The notes beneath the pieces were generated by a model. That model was not told the origin of the DNA, ran no database searches, and saw only the letters and a list, made by a program, of their open reading frames with translations. Positions 19,946 to 29,652 of a stretch of DNA of 64,000 nt are shown in pieces. Where the stretch lies: the NCBI GenBank assembly GCA_965232515.1, contig CBDDPY010000002.1, forward strand, positions 1,312,001 to 1,376,000, written 5' to 3'. The position numbers were made by a program, and so were the translations under genes. This DNA comes from Alphaproteobacteria bacterium. GTDB taxonomy: Bacteria; Pseudomonadota; Alphaproteobacteria; GCA-2731375. Position 1 is the stretch's first letter, and each line of letters opens with the position of its first letter.

Positions 19946-20422
19946 ATGCGCAACGCAATCGACATCTATTATCGGTTCTTGAAGCTGCTGCTGACGGTGA
20001 TGATGGCGGTGCTGATGGTGCCGGTGACGTTGCAGATCGTCGCCCGCTATATCGGCATCATTCCGCGCTACATCTGGACCGAGGAGATGGCGCGGTTCTG
20101 CTTCATCTGGATCATTCTGATCGGCGCCATGATCGCGGTGCGCGACGGCAGCCACTTCCTGGTCGACCTGCTGCCGGAGCCGCGTACGAAACGCGGCACG
20201 GCGATCGGCCGGATCTTCGTCGACGCGATCATACTCGTCGTCGCGATCATCTTCGTGGTCTGGGGGTGGCCGCTGGTGCAGTTCGGCCTGCTGCAGGAAT
20301 CGGAGATGGCCGGGCTGCCGATGGTGCTGATCTACGCGGCCTGGCCGATCGCCGGCGTGACCTGGATGCTGTTCCTGGGCGAACGCATGGTCGACCACCT
20401 CAAGCTCTATCGGAGCGGTTGA
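19946..20422 (+). CDS. dctQ: TRAP transporter small permease
   Basis: Four TM segments, WTEEMARFCFIW...H. Confidence 0.9.
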   Translation: MRNAIDIYYRFLKLLLTVMMAVLMVPVTLQIVARYIGIIPRYIWTEEMARFCFIWIILIGAMIAVRDGSHFLVDLLPEPRTKRGTAIGRIFVDAIILVVAIIFVVWGWPLVQFGLLQESEMAGLPMVLIYAAWPIAGVTWMLFLGERMVDHLKLYRSG

Positions 20423-20424
20423 GC

Positions 20425-21726
20425 ATGGGTCCGTGGGAAGTCGCCGGGATCCTGTTCCCGCTGTTCATCGGGCTCGTCATCCTGCGGGTGCCGGTGGCGT
20501 TCGCGCTGGGGCTGGCCTGCGTGCCGGTGTTCCTGCTGGACGAGCGCCTGACGCCGTTCCTGCTGATGAACGAGATGTTCAAGTCCTACAACGCCTTCGT
20601 GCTGTTGGCGGTGCCGTTCTTCCTGCTGGCGGCCAACATCATGAACGCCGCCGGCATCACCGACCGGCTGGTGCGGCTGGCGCGCGCCATGGTGGGGCAT
20701 CTGCCGGGCGGGCTCGGCCATATCAACGTCGTCGTCAGCATGATGTTCGCCGGCATTTCGGGCTCGTCGACGGCGGACGCGGCGGGTATCGGCTCGCTGA
20801 TGATCCCGCAGATGAAGAAGCAGGGCTTCGCCGCCAGCTTCACGGTCGCGATCACGGCCTGCTCGTCGGTGATGGGCGTGGTCATTCCACCGAGCATCCT
20901 GATGGTGGTGTGGGGCGGCCTGATGTCGGTCTCGATCGGCGGCCTGTTCCTGGCCGGCGTGATCCCGGGCCTGCTGATCGCGCTGTCGCAGATGTTGACG
21001 GTCTATATCTACGCCAAGCTCTACGGCTATCCGATCTATGCCCGGACCTCGCTGAAGGAATTCGCCGCGGCGCTGTTGTATTCCGTGCCGCCGCTGATGA
21101 CGCCCGTAATCATCGTCGGCGGCATCGTCGGCGGTTTCTTCACGCCGACCGAAGCCTCGGTGATCGCGGTGATCTACTCGCTGGCGCTGGGCGTGATCGC
21201 CTATCGCAGTATCGGGCCGAAGGAAATCCCGCGCGCGTTCTACAATTCCGCGCGGTTGGCCTCGATCTCGCTATTCTGCATCGGCACGGCCTCGGCGTTT
21301 GGTTGGATCCTGGCCTATTTCAAGATCCCGTCGGCGCTGGTCGAGGTGCTGAGCGGCCTCGGCGTCGGCCCGACCAGCACCGGACTGATCGTCGCCGGCG
21401 CCTTCCTGTTCATCGGCATGTTCATCGACGCGATCCCGGCGATCATCATCCTGGGCACCGTGCTCTGGCCGGTCGCCGAATTCGCCGGCCTGCATCCGAT
21501 CCACTTCGCCATCATCGGCATCGTCTCGCTGGCTTTCGGCCTGGTGACGCCGCCCTACGGATTGTGTCTGCTGATCGCTTGCGCCATCGGCGAGATCAAG
21601 CTGGTGCAGGCGCTGAAGGATGTCGTGATCGTACTGATCCCGATGTTGCTGGTGCTGTTGTTCATCGTGATCTTTCCAGAGATGATCCTGGCGCTGCCGA
21701 AGCTGCTGATGCCGAAGTTCATCTGA
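20425..21726 (+). CDS. dctM: TRAP transporter large permease
   Basis: LLAVPFFLLA, FAGISGSSTAD, VIPPSI, FTPTEA, TPPYG. Confidence 0.93.
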   Translation: MGPWEVAGILFPLFIGLVILRVPVAFALGLACVPVFLLDERLTPFLLMNEMFKSYNAFVLLAVPFFLLAANIMNAAGITDRLVRLARAMVGHLPGGLGHINVVVSMMFAGISGSSTADAAGIGSLMIPQMKKQGFAASFTVAITACSSVMGVVIPPSILMVVWGGLMSVSIGGLFLAGVIPGLLIALSQMLTVYIYAKLYGYPIYARTSLKEFAAALLYSVPPLMTPVIIVGGIVGGFFTPTEASVIAVIYSLALGVIAYRSIGPKEIPRAFYNSARLASISLFCIGTASAFGWILAYFKIPSALVEVLSGLGVGPTSTGLIVAGAFLFIGMFIDAIPAIIILGTVLWPVAEFAGLHPIHFAIIGIVSLAFGLVTPPYGLCLLIACAIGEIKLVQALKDVVIVLIPMLLVLLFIVIFPEMILALPKLLMPKFI

Positions 21727-21746
21727 CCCTCGTCGGCCACCCGGCA

Positions 21747-21953
21747 TTACTCGCGCCGGACAATCACGTAGACACGGTTGTCCGGCGCGCCGCAGTTGGG
21801 GCAGGTGACGTAGAGCCGGCGCAACGAGCGGTCCGGACCGAACCGACGGAGCAGGGACTCGGCGTCCAACGTTTGGCCATGCCGGCAGCTGGGACACATC
21901 GTGTGAAAGTCGTGGTCGTCGGCGAAGTCGCCCAGCGTCGGATCTTCCGTCAT
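21747..21953 (-). CDS. Small zinc-ribbon protein (CPSC...CPNCG), probably SOS-regulated
   Basis: About 68 aa with two CxxC pairs; LexA box 25 bp upstream; alternative start at 21965. Confidence 0.7.
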   Translation of the reverse strand: MTEDPTLGDFADDHDFHTMCPSCRHGQTLDAESLLRRFGPDRSLRRLYVTCPNCGAPDNRVYVIVRRE

Positions 21954-21978
21954 CTTCGCCCCCATTTGCGCCAGAGTG

Positions 21979-21993
21979 GTTCTTATTTTGTTC
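21979..21993 (-). promoter_or_regulatory. Alphaproteobacterial LexA (SOS) box
   Basis: GTTC-TTATTTT-GTTC, an exact GTTC-N7-GTTC match with AT-rich spacer, in an intergenic gap. Confidence 0.75.
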
Positions 21994-22047
21994 CATTTGG
22001 CGCAATGAGTGCGGTATGTCAACCGATGTCCCCGAGATCACACAGAT

Positions 22048-23235
22048 CTAGGATGCGGTGACAATTCCGTTGCCGATCATTCGGTCGATATCGCCCGAAG
22101 GAAGACCGAGTTCGGTGAGGATCTCGCGGCCATGCTCGCCGAGACGCGGGGCCGGTGATCGCACGGCTGCGGGTGTCTTGTCGAAACGGGCGGCGGGACG
22201 GGGCTGGCGCACGTGGCCAAGGCCCGGCGCCTCGTGCGTCTCGATGATGGCGTTCTCGACGATTTGCGGATCGGCCAGCATGTCCTGTCGCCGCAGGATC
22301 GGCGCGCAGGGCACGTCCTCAGCGGTCAGGCGCGCGAGGATCTCGGCGCTCGGCCATTTGGCGATCTCGGCAGACATGGTGGCGCGGCGGTCGACGATGT
22401 GCTCCGAACGCGCGGCGGCGGTACGGAAGCGTTCGTCCTCGATCAGTTCGGGCCGGCCGAAGGCGCGGCACATGCCGGCCCATTCGGCATCCGACACGGC
22501 ACCGGCGGATATGAAGCCGTCCTTCGTCTCGAAGACCAGATCGAGGCCCATCTGCGCCGTCGCCGGATCGACTTCGCGGCCCACATAGGTTAGCCCGGCC
22601 ATGCCTTCCGGCCAGAGATAGGCGACCATGGTGTCGAGCATGGAAAGCCGGATGTGCTGGCCCTCGCCGGTGCGCTCGCGGTGGAAGAGGGCGGCCGTGA
22701 TCGCCTGCGCCGCCGTCACCGAGGTGGTCTTGTCGGGGATGATGGTGCGGACCATCCGCGGCCGGCCGGTCTCGCGGTCGGTCTGGATATCGGCAAGCCC
22801 GCAGAGCGCCTGGATGATCGGATCGTAGACCCGCTGATGCGCGTAAGGGCCGGTCTCGCCGAAGCCGCTGATCGACACAAAGATGATGTCAGGCCGGATC
22901 TCTCGCACGGCGTCCTCGCCGAAGCCCATGCGTTCGATGGCGCCGGGCCGGAAGTTCTGCACCAGCACATCAGCCGTCGCCAGCAGGCGCCGCAGGACGT
23001 CTTTGCCGACCTCCTGCTTCAAATCCAGCGCCAGCGAGCGCTTGCTGCGATTGCAGGAATAGAACGATGGCGGCAGGCCGTCGTCGCTGCGCCGGAGATG
23101 ACGCATGCGCTCGCCCTCGACCGGCTCGACCTTGATCACGTCGGCGCCCTGGTCGCCCAGCATCATGGTCGCGACGGGGCCGGATACCATGCTGGTCAGG
23201 TCGATCACGCGAATGCCGGAAAGCGGTCCTGTCAT
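22048..23235 (-). CDS. Family III CoA-transferase (CaiB/BaiF)
   Basis: GIRVIDLTSMVSGP, NRSKRSLALDLK, QNFRPG. Confidence 0.93.
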   Translation of the reverse strand: MTGPLSGIRVIDLTSMVSGPVATMMLGDQGADVIKVEPVEGERMRHLRRSDDGLPPSFYSCNRSKRSLALDLKQEVGKDVLRRLLATADVLVQNFRPGAIERMGFGEDAVREIRPDIIFVSISGFGETGPYAHQRVYDPIIQALCGLADIQTDRETGRPRMVRTIIPDKTTSVTAAQAITAALFHRERTGEGQHIRLSMLDTMVAYLWPEGMAGLTYVGREVDPATAQMGLDLVFETKDGFISAGAVSDAEWAGMCRAFGRPELIEDERFRTAAARSEHIVDRRATMSAEIAKWPSAEILARLTAEDVPCAPILRRQDMLADPQIVENAIIETHEAPGLGHVRQPRPAARFDKTPAAVRSPAPRLGEHGREILTELGLPSGDIDRMIGNGIVTAS

Positions 23236-23258
23236 GTGCGGGCCTTTCGTTGTCGATG

Positions 23259-23915
23259 TCAGGGGCCGACCCGGTCGGCGGGCAGGGCGTTACTGGCCTC
23301 GGCCGCGGCATAGGCCGGGCGCGCTTTGGCGCGGTTGACATAGGCGGCGCAGGCGTCGGGCAGGTCAATGCCGTAGCGGTCGGCCCAGTCGAGGCACGTC
23401 GCCAGGAGAATATCGGCCACGCCGAGCCGTTCGCCGAACAGGTAGGGGGCGGCATCCGCGATGCGGGGCGCCATGGCCTCGATCTGGTCTCGGCAATACT
23501 CCTCGGCCGAGGCGACGGCCTCGGGCGCCTGGCCATAGATCTGCGGCAAGTGGCCGTGCCGGCGGATGAGGTAGAGCGTATGCGCGTCGAGCTCGGTCAT
23601 GACGAAATAGCACCACTCGTCAGACCGGGCGATGTCGGCATCGGATTGCGGCAGATGAACGTCCGTGCCCTCGCCGTAACGGCGAAACAGATGCTGCACG
23701 ATGGCAGCGCTTTCGGAGATGCCGACGTCGCCGTCCTGCAAATACGGAATCTTGTGCCGTGGATTGAGGCGCAGATATTGCTCGGTGAGGGTTTCGCCGG
23801 TGCGAGACTGTATCGGCTCAGTCCGGTAGGTCAGACCGAGCTCGTGCAGCGCCCAGTGCACGCGAAAGGCGCGGATCGACACCGCCCCCCAGACCGTGAT
23901 CTCCCCCTGCTGCAT
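23259..23915 (-). CDS. Glutathione S-transferase
   Basis: True start MQQGEI at 23915 inside the longer ORF; RAFRVHWALHELG, LNPRHKIP, ISESAAI, VADIL. Confidence 0.88.
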   Translation of the reverse strand: MQQGEITVWGAVSIRAFRVHWALHELGLTYRTEPIQSRTGETLTEQYLRLNPRHKIPYLQDGDVGISESAAIVQHLFRRYGEGTDVHLPQSDADIARSDEWCYFVMTELDAHTLYLIRRHGHLPQIYGQAPEAVASAEEYCRDQIEAMAPRIADAAPYLFGERLGVADILLATCLDWADRYGIDLPDACAAYVNRAKARPAYAAAEASNALPADRVGP

Positions 23916-23977
23916 GGCACCACTCTCCCCGTACGCCCCCGACGACTGACAGGATGCCACGCGACGGCGCGAAGATG

Positions 23978-24661
23978 CTAATCCGCGTTGGTAGTCTTGG
24001 GGACGCCGTGACGAACGATTGTCAGCAGCAGCAGGCCGAGCAGCGTGCCGTTCAGGATATGCCAGACGAAGTGCGTGCCGAGCGGCCAGACCACACACAG
24101 CGGTTCGTCGATCGTTCGGAAGGTGAGCGAGACGGCGAACAGGGCGGCGGCGAGCAGGAGGCCGCGGCCGGCGGGCGCGCCCTTCGCGGCGAGCAGCGCG
24201 CCGCAGATCGCCAGCGCCAGGAACGCCGGCAGATACCCGGTGCTGCCGCGCAGGGCATCGCCGAACAGGAAACCGGCGCCCGCGGTGATCGCGAATGACG
24301 CCGGTATGTAGGCCAAGCCGATGACGACCGACATGGGCCATCCCAAACCGAAGAAACGCCGCAACGCAACAATCAGGTAGCTGACGATAAACAAGAAGAT
24401 CGGCAGCACGTCGGCGATGCCGGCCCAGCGCGTCGCGAGTGTGTGAAACAGGAACGAGCCGGTGCCGATGGCAAACACGAGCGCCACCAGCAACTGCACC
24501 GACGCGTCGAAACGACCGGCTCGGCGGGCCGCGATCAGCCCGACGACGGCCGCGATGATGAAGGCCGCGTTGGTGACGGCGTTGACCGGCTCGGACCAGA
24601 AGCCGAAATCCGTCCGCTCGCAATAGGCGTCGACCTGGACGGACAGCGACGACTGTTCCAT
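23978..24661 (-). CDS. Ceramidase-domain (CREST) membrane protein
   Basis: YCER....WSEPVNAVTN, GSFLFHT, THFVWH. Confidence 0.85.
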   Translation of the reverse strand: MEQSSLSVQVDAYCERTDFGFWSEPVNAVTNAAFIIAAVVGLIAARRAGRFDASVQLLVALVFAIGTGSFLFHTLATRWAGIADVLPIFLFIVSYLIVALRRFFGLGWPMSVVIGLAYIPASFAITAGAGFLFGDALRGSTGYLPAFLALAICGALLAAKGAPAGRGLLLAAALFAVSLTFRTIDEPLCVVWPLGTHFVWHILNGTLLGLLLLTIVRHGVPKTTNAD

Positions 24662-24686
24662 CTCCGCCCCCGCGCGTGACCGGCGT

Positions 24687-25646
24687 TCAGCTTCCGGGGA
24701 TGGTCAGCACCGCCTTGCCATCGAAGGTCCGCTCCATGAGGTCGCGGGCCTGACCGGCAACCTCGGACCAATCGGTCACCCGGTCAATGCGGCAGTCGAG
24801 GCGGTCCGCTTCCAGGAAACCCAACAGGCGCGGGAACGCGTCTACCGGCGGCTCTATCTCGCTGGTGGCGTAGAGGTGCAGGCCACGGAGCGATGCGCGC
24901 CCATGCATGAACAAGTCAGTGATGGGCAACGCGACCTCGGGGCTGCCGGAAATTCCATAGGTCACGCAGATGCCGTCCTTGTCGAGCGCCTTCACCGCGT
25001 TCGCCAAGAGGGCGCCGCCAATGGAATCCATGGCGAAACGGAACGGCCCGTTCTCCGCGAAGCTGCCGCCGTCGTCGGTGACCAGCACCTCGTCGGCGCC
25101 GAGCGCGCGGGCGAAGATGGCTTTCTCGGCCGAACGGACCTGCGCCGTTACGTGCGCGCCGGCGTGCTTGGCGAGCTGGATCGCGAACATGCCGACGCCG
25201 CCCGAGGCGCCGGTGATCAGCGCCTTGCGGCCGAGGAGCGCGTGCGCGGTGTCGATGCAATGGAGCGCGGTCAGACCGGCGACCGGCAGGGTCGCCGCCT
25301 GTTCGAACGTCACGGCGTCGGGCAGCGGCGCCAGGTCCGAGGTCGGCAGGTAGACCCGTTCGGCCCAACCTTCCATCCGGCGGCAGAAGCCGACGACGCG
25401 CGTACCTTCGGCGGGTCCGCTGCCGTCGGCTGCCGGCGTCTCGACCGTGCCGGCGATGTCCCAGCCGACCGTGTTGCCGGCCTCGGCTGCGTTCATGGCG
25501 CGCTTCACCTCGCCGCGATTGAGCGAGAAGGCGGCGATACGGACCAGGGCCTCGTTCGTTGCCGGCGCTCTGAGCGCGATCTCAGCCACGCGCAGGCCGT
25601 CGCCGCCCGGATCCGTCACCACCGCCCGCACCTGTTCACCCGTCAT
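24687..25646 (-). CDS. MDR-family (quinone oxidoreductase-like) dehydrogenase
   Basis: FSLNRGE, GWDIAG, AATLPVAGLTA, ITGASGGVG. Confidence 0.9.
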   Translation of the reverse strand: MTGEQVRAVVTDPGGDGLRVAEIALRAPATNEALVRIAAFSLNRGEVKRAMNAAEAGNTVGWDIAGTVETPAADGSGPAEGTRVVGFCRRMEGWAERVYLPTSDLAPLPDAVTFEQAATLPVAGLTALHCIDTAHALLGRKALITGASGGVGMFAIQLAKHAGAHVTAQVRSAEKAIFARALGADEVLVTDDGGSFAENGPFRFAMDSIGGALLANAVKALDKDGICVTYGISGSPEVALPITDLFMHGRASLRGLHLYATSEIEPPVDAFPRLLGFLEADRLDCRIDRVTDWSEVAGQARDLMERTFDGKAVLTIPGS

Positions 25647-25723
25647 GCCGACACTCCCCAAAATTCATCGTCAAACGAACCGTCACCAACATCTAGCCAC
25701 AACCACGCACGACGCAAGGCCCG

Positions 25724-26800
25724 TCATTCGGCCGCGACGCCGGAGACGGCTTGCAGCGCCCGACGGAATCCGCCGAAGCGGCGGCGGTAGTCGGTCGGCG
25801 TGATGCCGACCTTGCGCCGGAACAGACGCCGGAAGAAGCTCGCGTCCTCGTAGCCGACCTCGTTGGCGACGGCTTCGACGGCGATGTCCGACGTCTCCAG
25901 CAGCTGCTTCGCCTCTTCGAGGCGCAGGGTATGCACGTAATCCATGGGCGACAGGCCGGTGACACTGGCGAAGCGGCGCTTGAACGACCGCTCCGCCATC
26001 CCGCTGCGCCGGACCATGGCCGCGACGGGGGACGAGGTCGTGTAGTTCTCGGCGATCCATTCCTGACAGGCGGCGATCGTCGCGTCTTCGACCTGCTGCG
26101 CGCCAGACAACGCAGCAAAGGGCAGCTGGCCATGGCGGTGCCAGTCCATCAGATAAACCCGCGCCAGACGCATGGCTTCCTCCAGCCCGAGGAAGCGCGC
26201 GATCAGGAACAGCGCCAGGTCCTGCCACGAGGTGCCGCCGCCCGATGTGATCACCCGCTGGCCGTCGCCGGTGGCGACCAGTACACGGGCCGGGTGCACC
26301 TTGACCTTGGGATAGCGGCGGGCGAGGCCGTCGCAATAGCCCCAATGCGTGGTGGCATCGCGGTCGTCGAGCAGCCCGGCCTCCGCCAGCAACAAGGTGC
26401 CGGAGCAGGCCGCCGCGAGCGTCGCGCCCTGGGCCTCGCGCTGTCGCAGCCAGCCGATGGCAGCATCGTAGCGGCCGGCAATGTCCTCGCCCGGTGCGAC
26501 GAATAGATCGGACACGCAGATCAGCTCGGCCGACGGGCAGGTCTCGAAGCTGTAATCCGGCTGCACCCAGATGCCGTTGGCGGCGCGAAAACGTCGACCG
26601 TCCGGCGACACGACGATGGGCCGGGCCTTCGATGGCCCCGGCTTGCCGGTAACGAGGAAATCCCAGTCCCGCCCTGCAGAGGCGAACAACTCGAACATGC
26701 CGTAGAGCGTGCCCGCCGTGGTTTCGGGAAGGGCGAGCAGCGCCACCGTCAGCGGCGTTGCACATTCCGGCTCGATTGCCGCCTTGTCCAGCTCAGTCAT
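25724..26800 (-). CDS. GlxA-family regulator (DJ-1 domain plus AraC HTH)
   Basis: ACSG.LLLAEAGLLD...ATTHW, C-terminal AraC motif VGYEDASFFRRLFRR. Confidence 0.93.
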   Translation of the reverse strand: MTELDKAAIEPECATPLTVALLALPETTAGTLYGMFELFASAGRDWDFLVTGKPGPSKARPIVVSPDGRRFRAANGIWVQPDYSFETCPSAELICVSDLFVAPGEDIAGRYDAAIGWLRQREAQGATLAAACSGTLLLAEAGLLDDRDATTHWGYCDGLARRYPKVKVHPARVLVATGDGQRVITSGGGTSWQDLALFLIARFLGLEEAMRLARVYLMDWHRHGQLPFAALSGAQQVEDATIAACQEWIAENYTTSSPVAAMVRRSGMAERSFKRRFASVTGLSPMDYVHTLRLEEAKQLLETSDIAVEAVANEVGYEDASFFRRLFRRKVGITPTDYRRRFGGFRRALQAVSGVAAE

Positions 26801-26904
26801 GGCAGAATCGACCTGTTCTTGTCCGAAATGACTTTAGCATCATCACCCACCCGGCGATAGAAACCCCGCCAGGTGGGGAACCCATTCGAACCGGGACTTA
26901 AGAC

Positions 26905-27996
26905 ATGACAGTCATTCCGCAAGAGACCACCGCATTCGACACTGATCGCATGGCCGCCTTCGAAGAACGCCTGGTGTCGGCTTTCAACGAATCGGCCTTC
27001 AGCCTGATGGCCTCCATCGGCCATCGGACGGGCCTGTTCGAGTCCCTCAACGGCGCGCCGCCGCTGACCAGCGCCGAGATCGCCGCGCGGGCCGGCCTGC
27101 AGGAGCGCTACGTCCGCGAGTGGCTTGGCGCCATGGTCGCGGCCGATGTGGTCGAGCACGACGGCGACGCCGGCACCTATCGCCTGCCGGCGGAGCACGC
27201 GGCCCTGCTGACCGACGCGGGCGAGGCCAATCTGGCCGTGTTCGCGCAATACATCCCACAGCTCGGCGCCGTCGAGGACGATATCATCGCCTGCTTCCGT
27301 AACGGCGGCGGTGTGCCATACGAGCGGTTCCATCGCTTCCATGAGATCATGGCGGAGGACAGCGGCCAGACCGTGCTGCCGGCGCTGATCGATCACATAA
27401 TTCCGTTGGCGCCCGATCTGCGCGGGCGATTGGAAACGGGCATCGACGTGCTGGACGTCGGCTGCGGCCGGGGCCGGGCGCTGATGCTGCTGGCCGAAAC
27501 CTTCCCCTACAGCCGCTTCACCGGCTACGACCTGTCAAAGGACGCAACGGATTGGGCCCGGGCCCAGGCGGCCGAACGCGACCTGGCGAACGTGACGTTC
27601 GTCGCCCGCGACGTCAGCGATTTCGACGAGACCGCCGCCCAGGAAGCGTTCGACTTCGTGACCACGTTCGACGCGGTGCACGATCAGGCGAAGCCGCTCA
27701 ACGTATTGACGGGCATTCGACGCTCGTTGCGGAAGGGCGGCGTCTATCTGGCCCAGGACATCAAGGGTTCGAGCCACCACCATCACGACCGCGACCACCC
27801 GCTCGGCACGCTGCTCTACACGGTGTCCTGCATGCACTGCATGACAGTCTCGCTGGCCCAGGGTGGCGAGGGGCTGGGCGCCATGTGGGGGCGTGAGGTG
27901 GCCGAACGATACTTCCGTGACGCCGGTTTCGGCAACATCGAGGTGCACGAGCTGGAGCACGACATCCAGAACTACTACTACGTCTGCCGGCCTTAA
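26905..27996 (+). CDS. HTH-fused SAM-dependent methyltransferase
   Basis: ERYVREWL winged helix; VLDVGCGRG; FDAVHD; GLGAMWG. Confidence 0.9.
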   Translation: MTVIPQETTAFDTDRMAAFEERLVSAFNESAFSLMASIGHRTGLFESLNGAPPLTSAEIAARAGLQERYVREWLGAMVAADVVEHDGDAGTYRLPAEHAALLTDAGEANLAVFAQYIPQLGAVEDDIIACFRNGGGVPYERFHRFHEIMAEDSGQTVLPALIDHIIPLAPDLRGRLETGIDVLDVGCGRGRALMLLAETFPYSRFTGYDLSKDATDWARAQAAERDLANVTFVARDVSDFDETAAQEAFDFVTTFDAVHDQAKPLNVLTGIRRSLRKGGVYLAQDIKGSSHHHHDRDHPLGTLLYTVSCMHCMTVSLAQGGEGLGAMWGREVAERYFRDAGFGNIEVHELEHDIQNYYYVCRP

Positions 27997-28154
27997 CATC
28001 ACCGAGTGCGACGGCGAAGCGGTGCGCATGTGGCGCACCGCTTCGTTGATCGTCAGGACGCAATTTGTTGACGAGAAATTGCTTGTAACGGTTGTTGGGC
28101 GAAATTATGTACCAGGTAGTACATTTGAATCGACACGGACGTTAAGGAGACGAC

Positions 28155-28829
28155 ATGTCGTTGGCGGAAAAGCTTGACGCGCTGCGCGAAGCGGGCGGCA
28201 AGCGCATAGGCGAGGAGAAACGGGTCGTGATGCGCCGCGCGACCGAAGACCTGCGTCAGTCGGGAATTCTCGATGGCGTGGCGAAGGTCGGCGACCGCTT
28301 CCCGGCGTTCGCGCTGAACAACGCCGATGGCGAGCTGGTGCGGTCGTCCGACCTGCTGGCGCGCGGCGCGGTCGTCCTGACGGTCTTTCGCGGCGCCTGG
28401 TGACCCTACTGCAATGCAGAGCTGTATGCTTTGCAGGCTGTCCTGGGGGAACTTGAAGCAAGCGGCGCGAGCCTGGTGGCGCTGACGCCGCATCTGGCCG
28501 AGCACAGCCGCGCCATGCGTCAGAAGCACGGCCTGAACTATCACCTGCTGACCGATCCCGAAAACGCGTACGCGGCGGAGTTGGGCCTCAGGTTTTCGTT
28601 TCCGGACGATCTGCGGGAGATCTACCGCAGCATCAACATCGACCTGCCGCGGTACAATGGCGACGACAGCTGGACGCTGCCCGTGCCGGCGCGGTTCGTG
28701 GTCGATACCGATGGCATCATCCGGGCGGCCGATGTCGATGTCGACTATACCCGGCGGCCGGAGCCGGAAAAGACGTTGGCCGACGTGAAGGCGCTGGGCC
28801 TCGGACCGCTGCCGAATGCGACGGGCTGA
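28155..28829 (+). CDS. Peroxiredoxin-like AhpC/TSA selenoprotein (Sec at TGA 28401-28403, UxxC), 224 aa
   Basis: ORFs 28155-28403 and 28431-28829 are in frame; read-through gives FRGAW-U-PYCNAEL, the FYRGxWCPYC motif with the first Cys replaced by TGA. Confidence 0.9.
28415..28435 (+). promoter_or_regulatory. Bacterial SECIS-like hairpin
   Basis: TGCAGAGC-TGTAT-GCTTTGCA, 8-bp stem (one G-U), GU in the loop, starting 11 nt after the UGA. Confidence 0.75.
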
Positions 28830-28846
28830 CGAATAGGGATGGAGAC

Positions 28847-29563
28847 ATGAGCATCGATGTGAAGGCGCTGACCTTCGATACGGGCGGCACCATTCTCGAC
28901 TGGCACAGTGGCATCAGCGCCGCACTGGCGAAGGCTGGCGCGGCGCACGGCCTGGACAAGGACTGGCCGGCGATCACCAACGACTACCGGCGTCGGTCGC
29001 TGAAAAAGATGCTGAACGCGGGCGGCGAGACGCCGGCGACGTTCAACATCGACGACGCGCACCGCGAGATGCTGGACGTGGTAATCGCCGAACATAGCCT
29101 CGATGCCTTCACGGCGGCGGACCGCGACGCGATCTGGCGCGCCTGGCACGAACTCGACACCTGGCCGGATTTCCCGGCCGTGCTGCCGAAGCTGCGGGAG
29201 CGCTACACCGTCGCCTCGTTCACGATCCTGAGCGTCTCGCTGATCATCGACACGGCGAAGCGAAACGGTCTCAGCTGGGACGCAGTGATCTCCTGCGAGA
29301 TGATCGGCACCTACAAGATCAGGCCCGAGGCCTATCGCACGGCCGCCAAGTGGCTGGTGCGCGAACCGAGCGAGATCCTGATGGTGGCCTGCCACAACTT
29401 CGATCTGGACGCCGCCCGGGAGGTCGGTTTCAGGACCGCCTTCGTGCGCCGGCCCGACGAGTGGGGCGCCGAGGGCGCCCCCGATCCCGATCCCAATCCG
29501 GCCTGCGACATCGTTGCCGACGACTTCCCCGACCTTGCCCGACAACTGGGCGTTCAAATCTAA
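28847..29563 (+). CDS. Haloacid dehalogenase type II (HAD family)
   Basis: FDTGGTILDW, YK.RPEAY, MVACHNFDL. Confidence 0.9.
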   Translation: MSIDVKALTFDTGGTILDWHSGISAALAKAGAAHGLDKDWPAITNDYRRRSLKKMLNAGGETPATFNIDDAHREMLDVVIAEHSLDAFTAADRDAIWRAWHELDTWPDFPAVLPKLRERYTVASFTILSVSLIIDTAKRNGLSWDAVISCEMIGTYKIRPEAYRTAAKWLVREPSEILMVACHNFDLDAAREVGFRTAFVRRPDEWGAEGAPDPDPNPACDIVADDFPDLARQLGVQI

Positions 29564-29652
29564 GTGACATTAGGCGGCACTGTATTTGCCACGCACGCGT
29601 CACGCGAACTAGATTAGCGTTGTATCGATAAAGCGTGGAAACGGGGGTCGGA

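Noticed and set aside
28155-28829. Two separate ORFs or a pseudogene
   Set aside because: The TGA falls exactly on the catalytic Cys position, the frame is preserved and a SECIS-like hairpin follows
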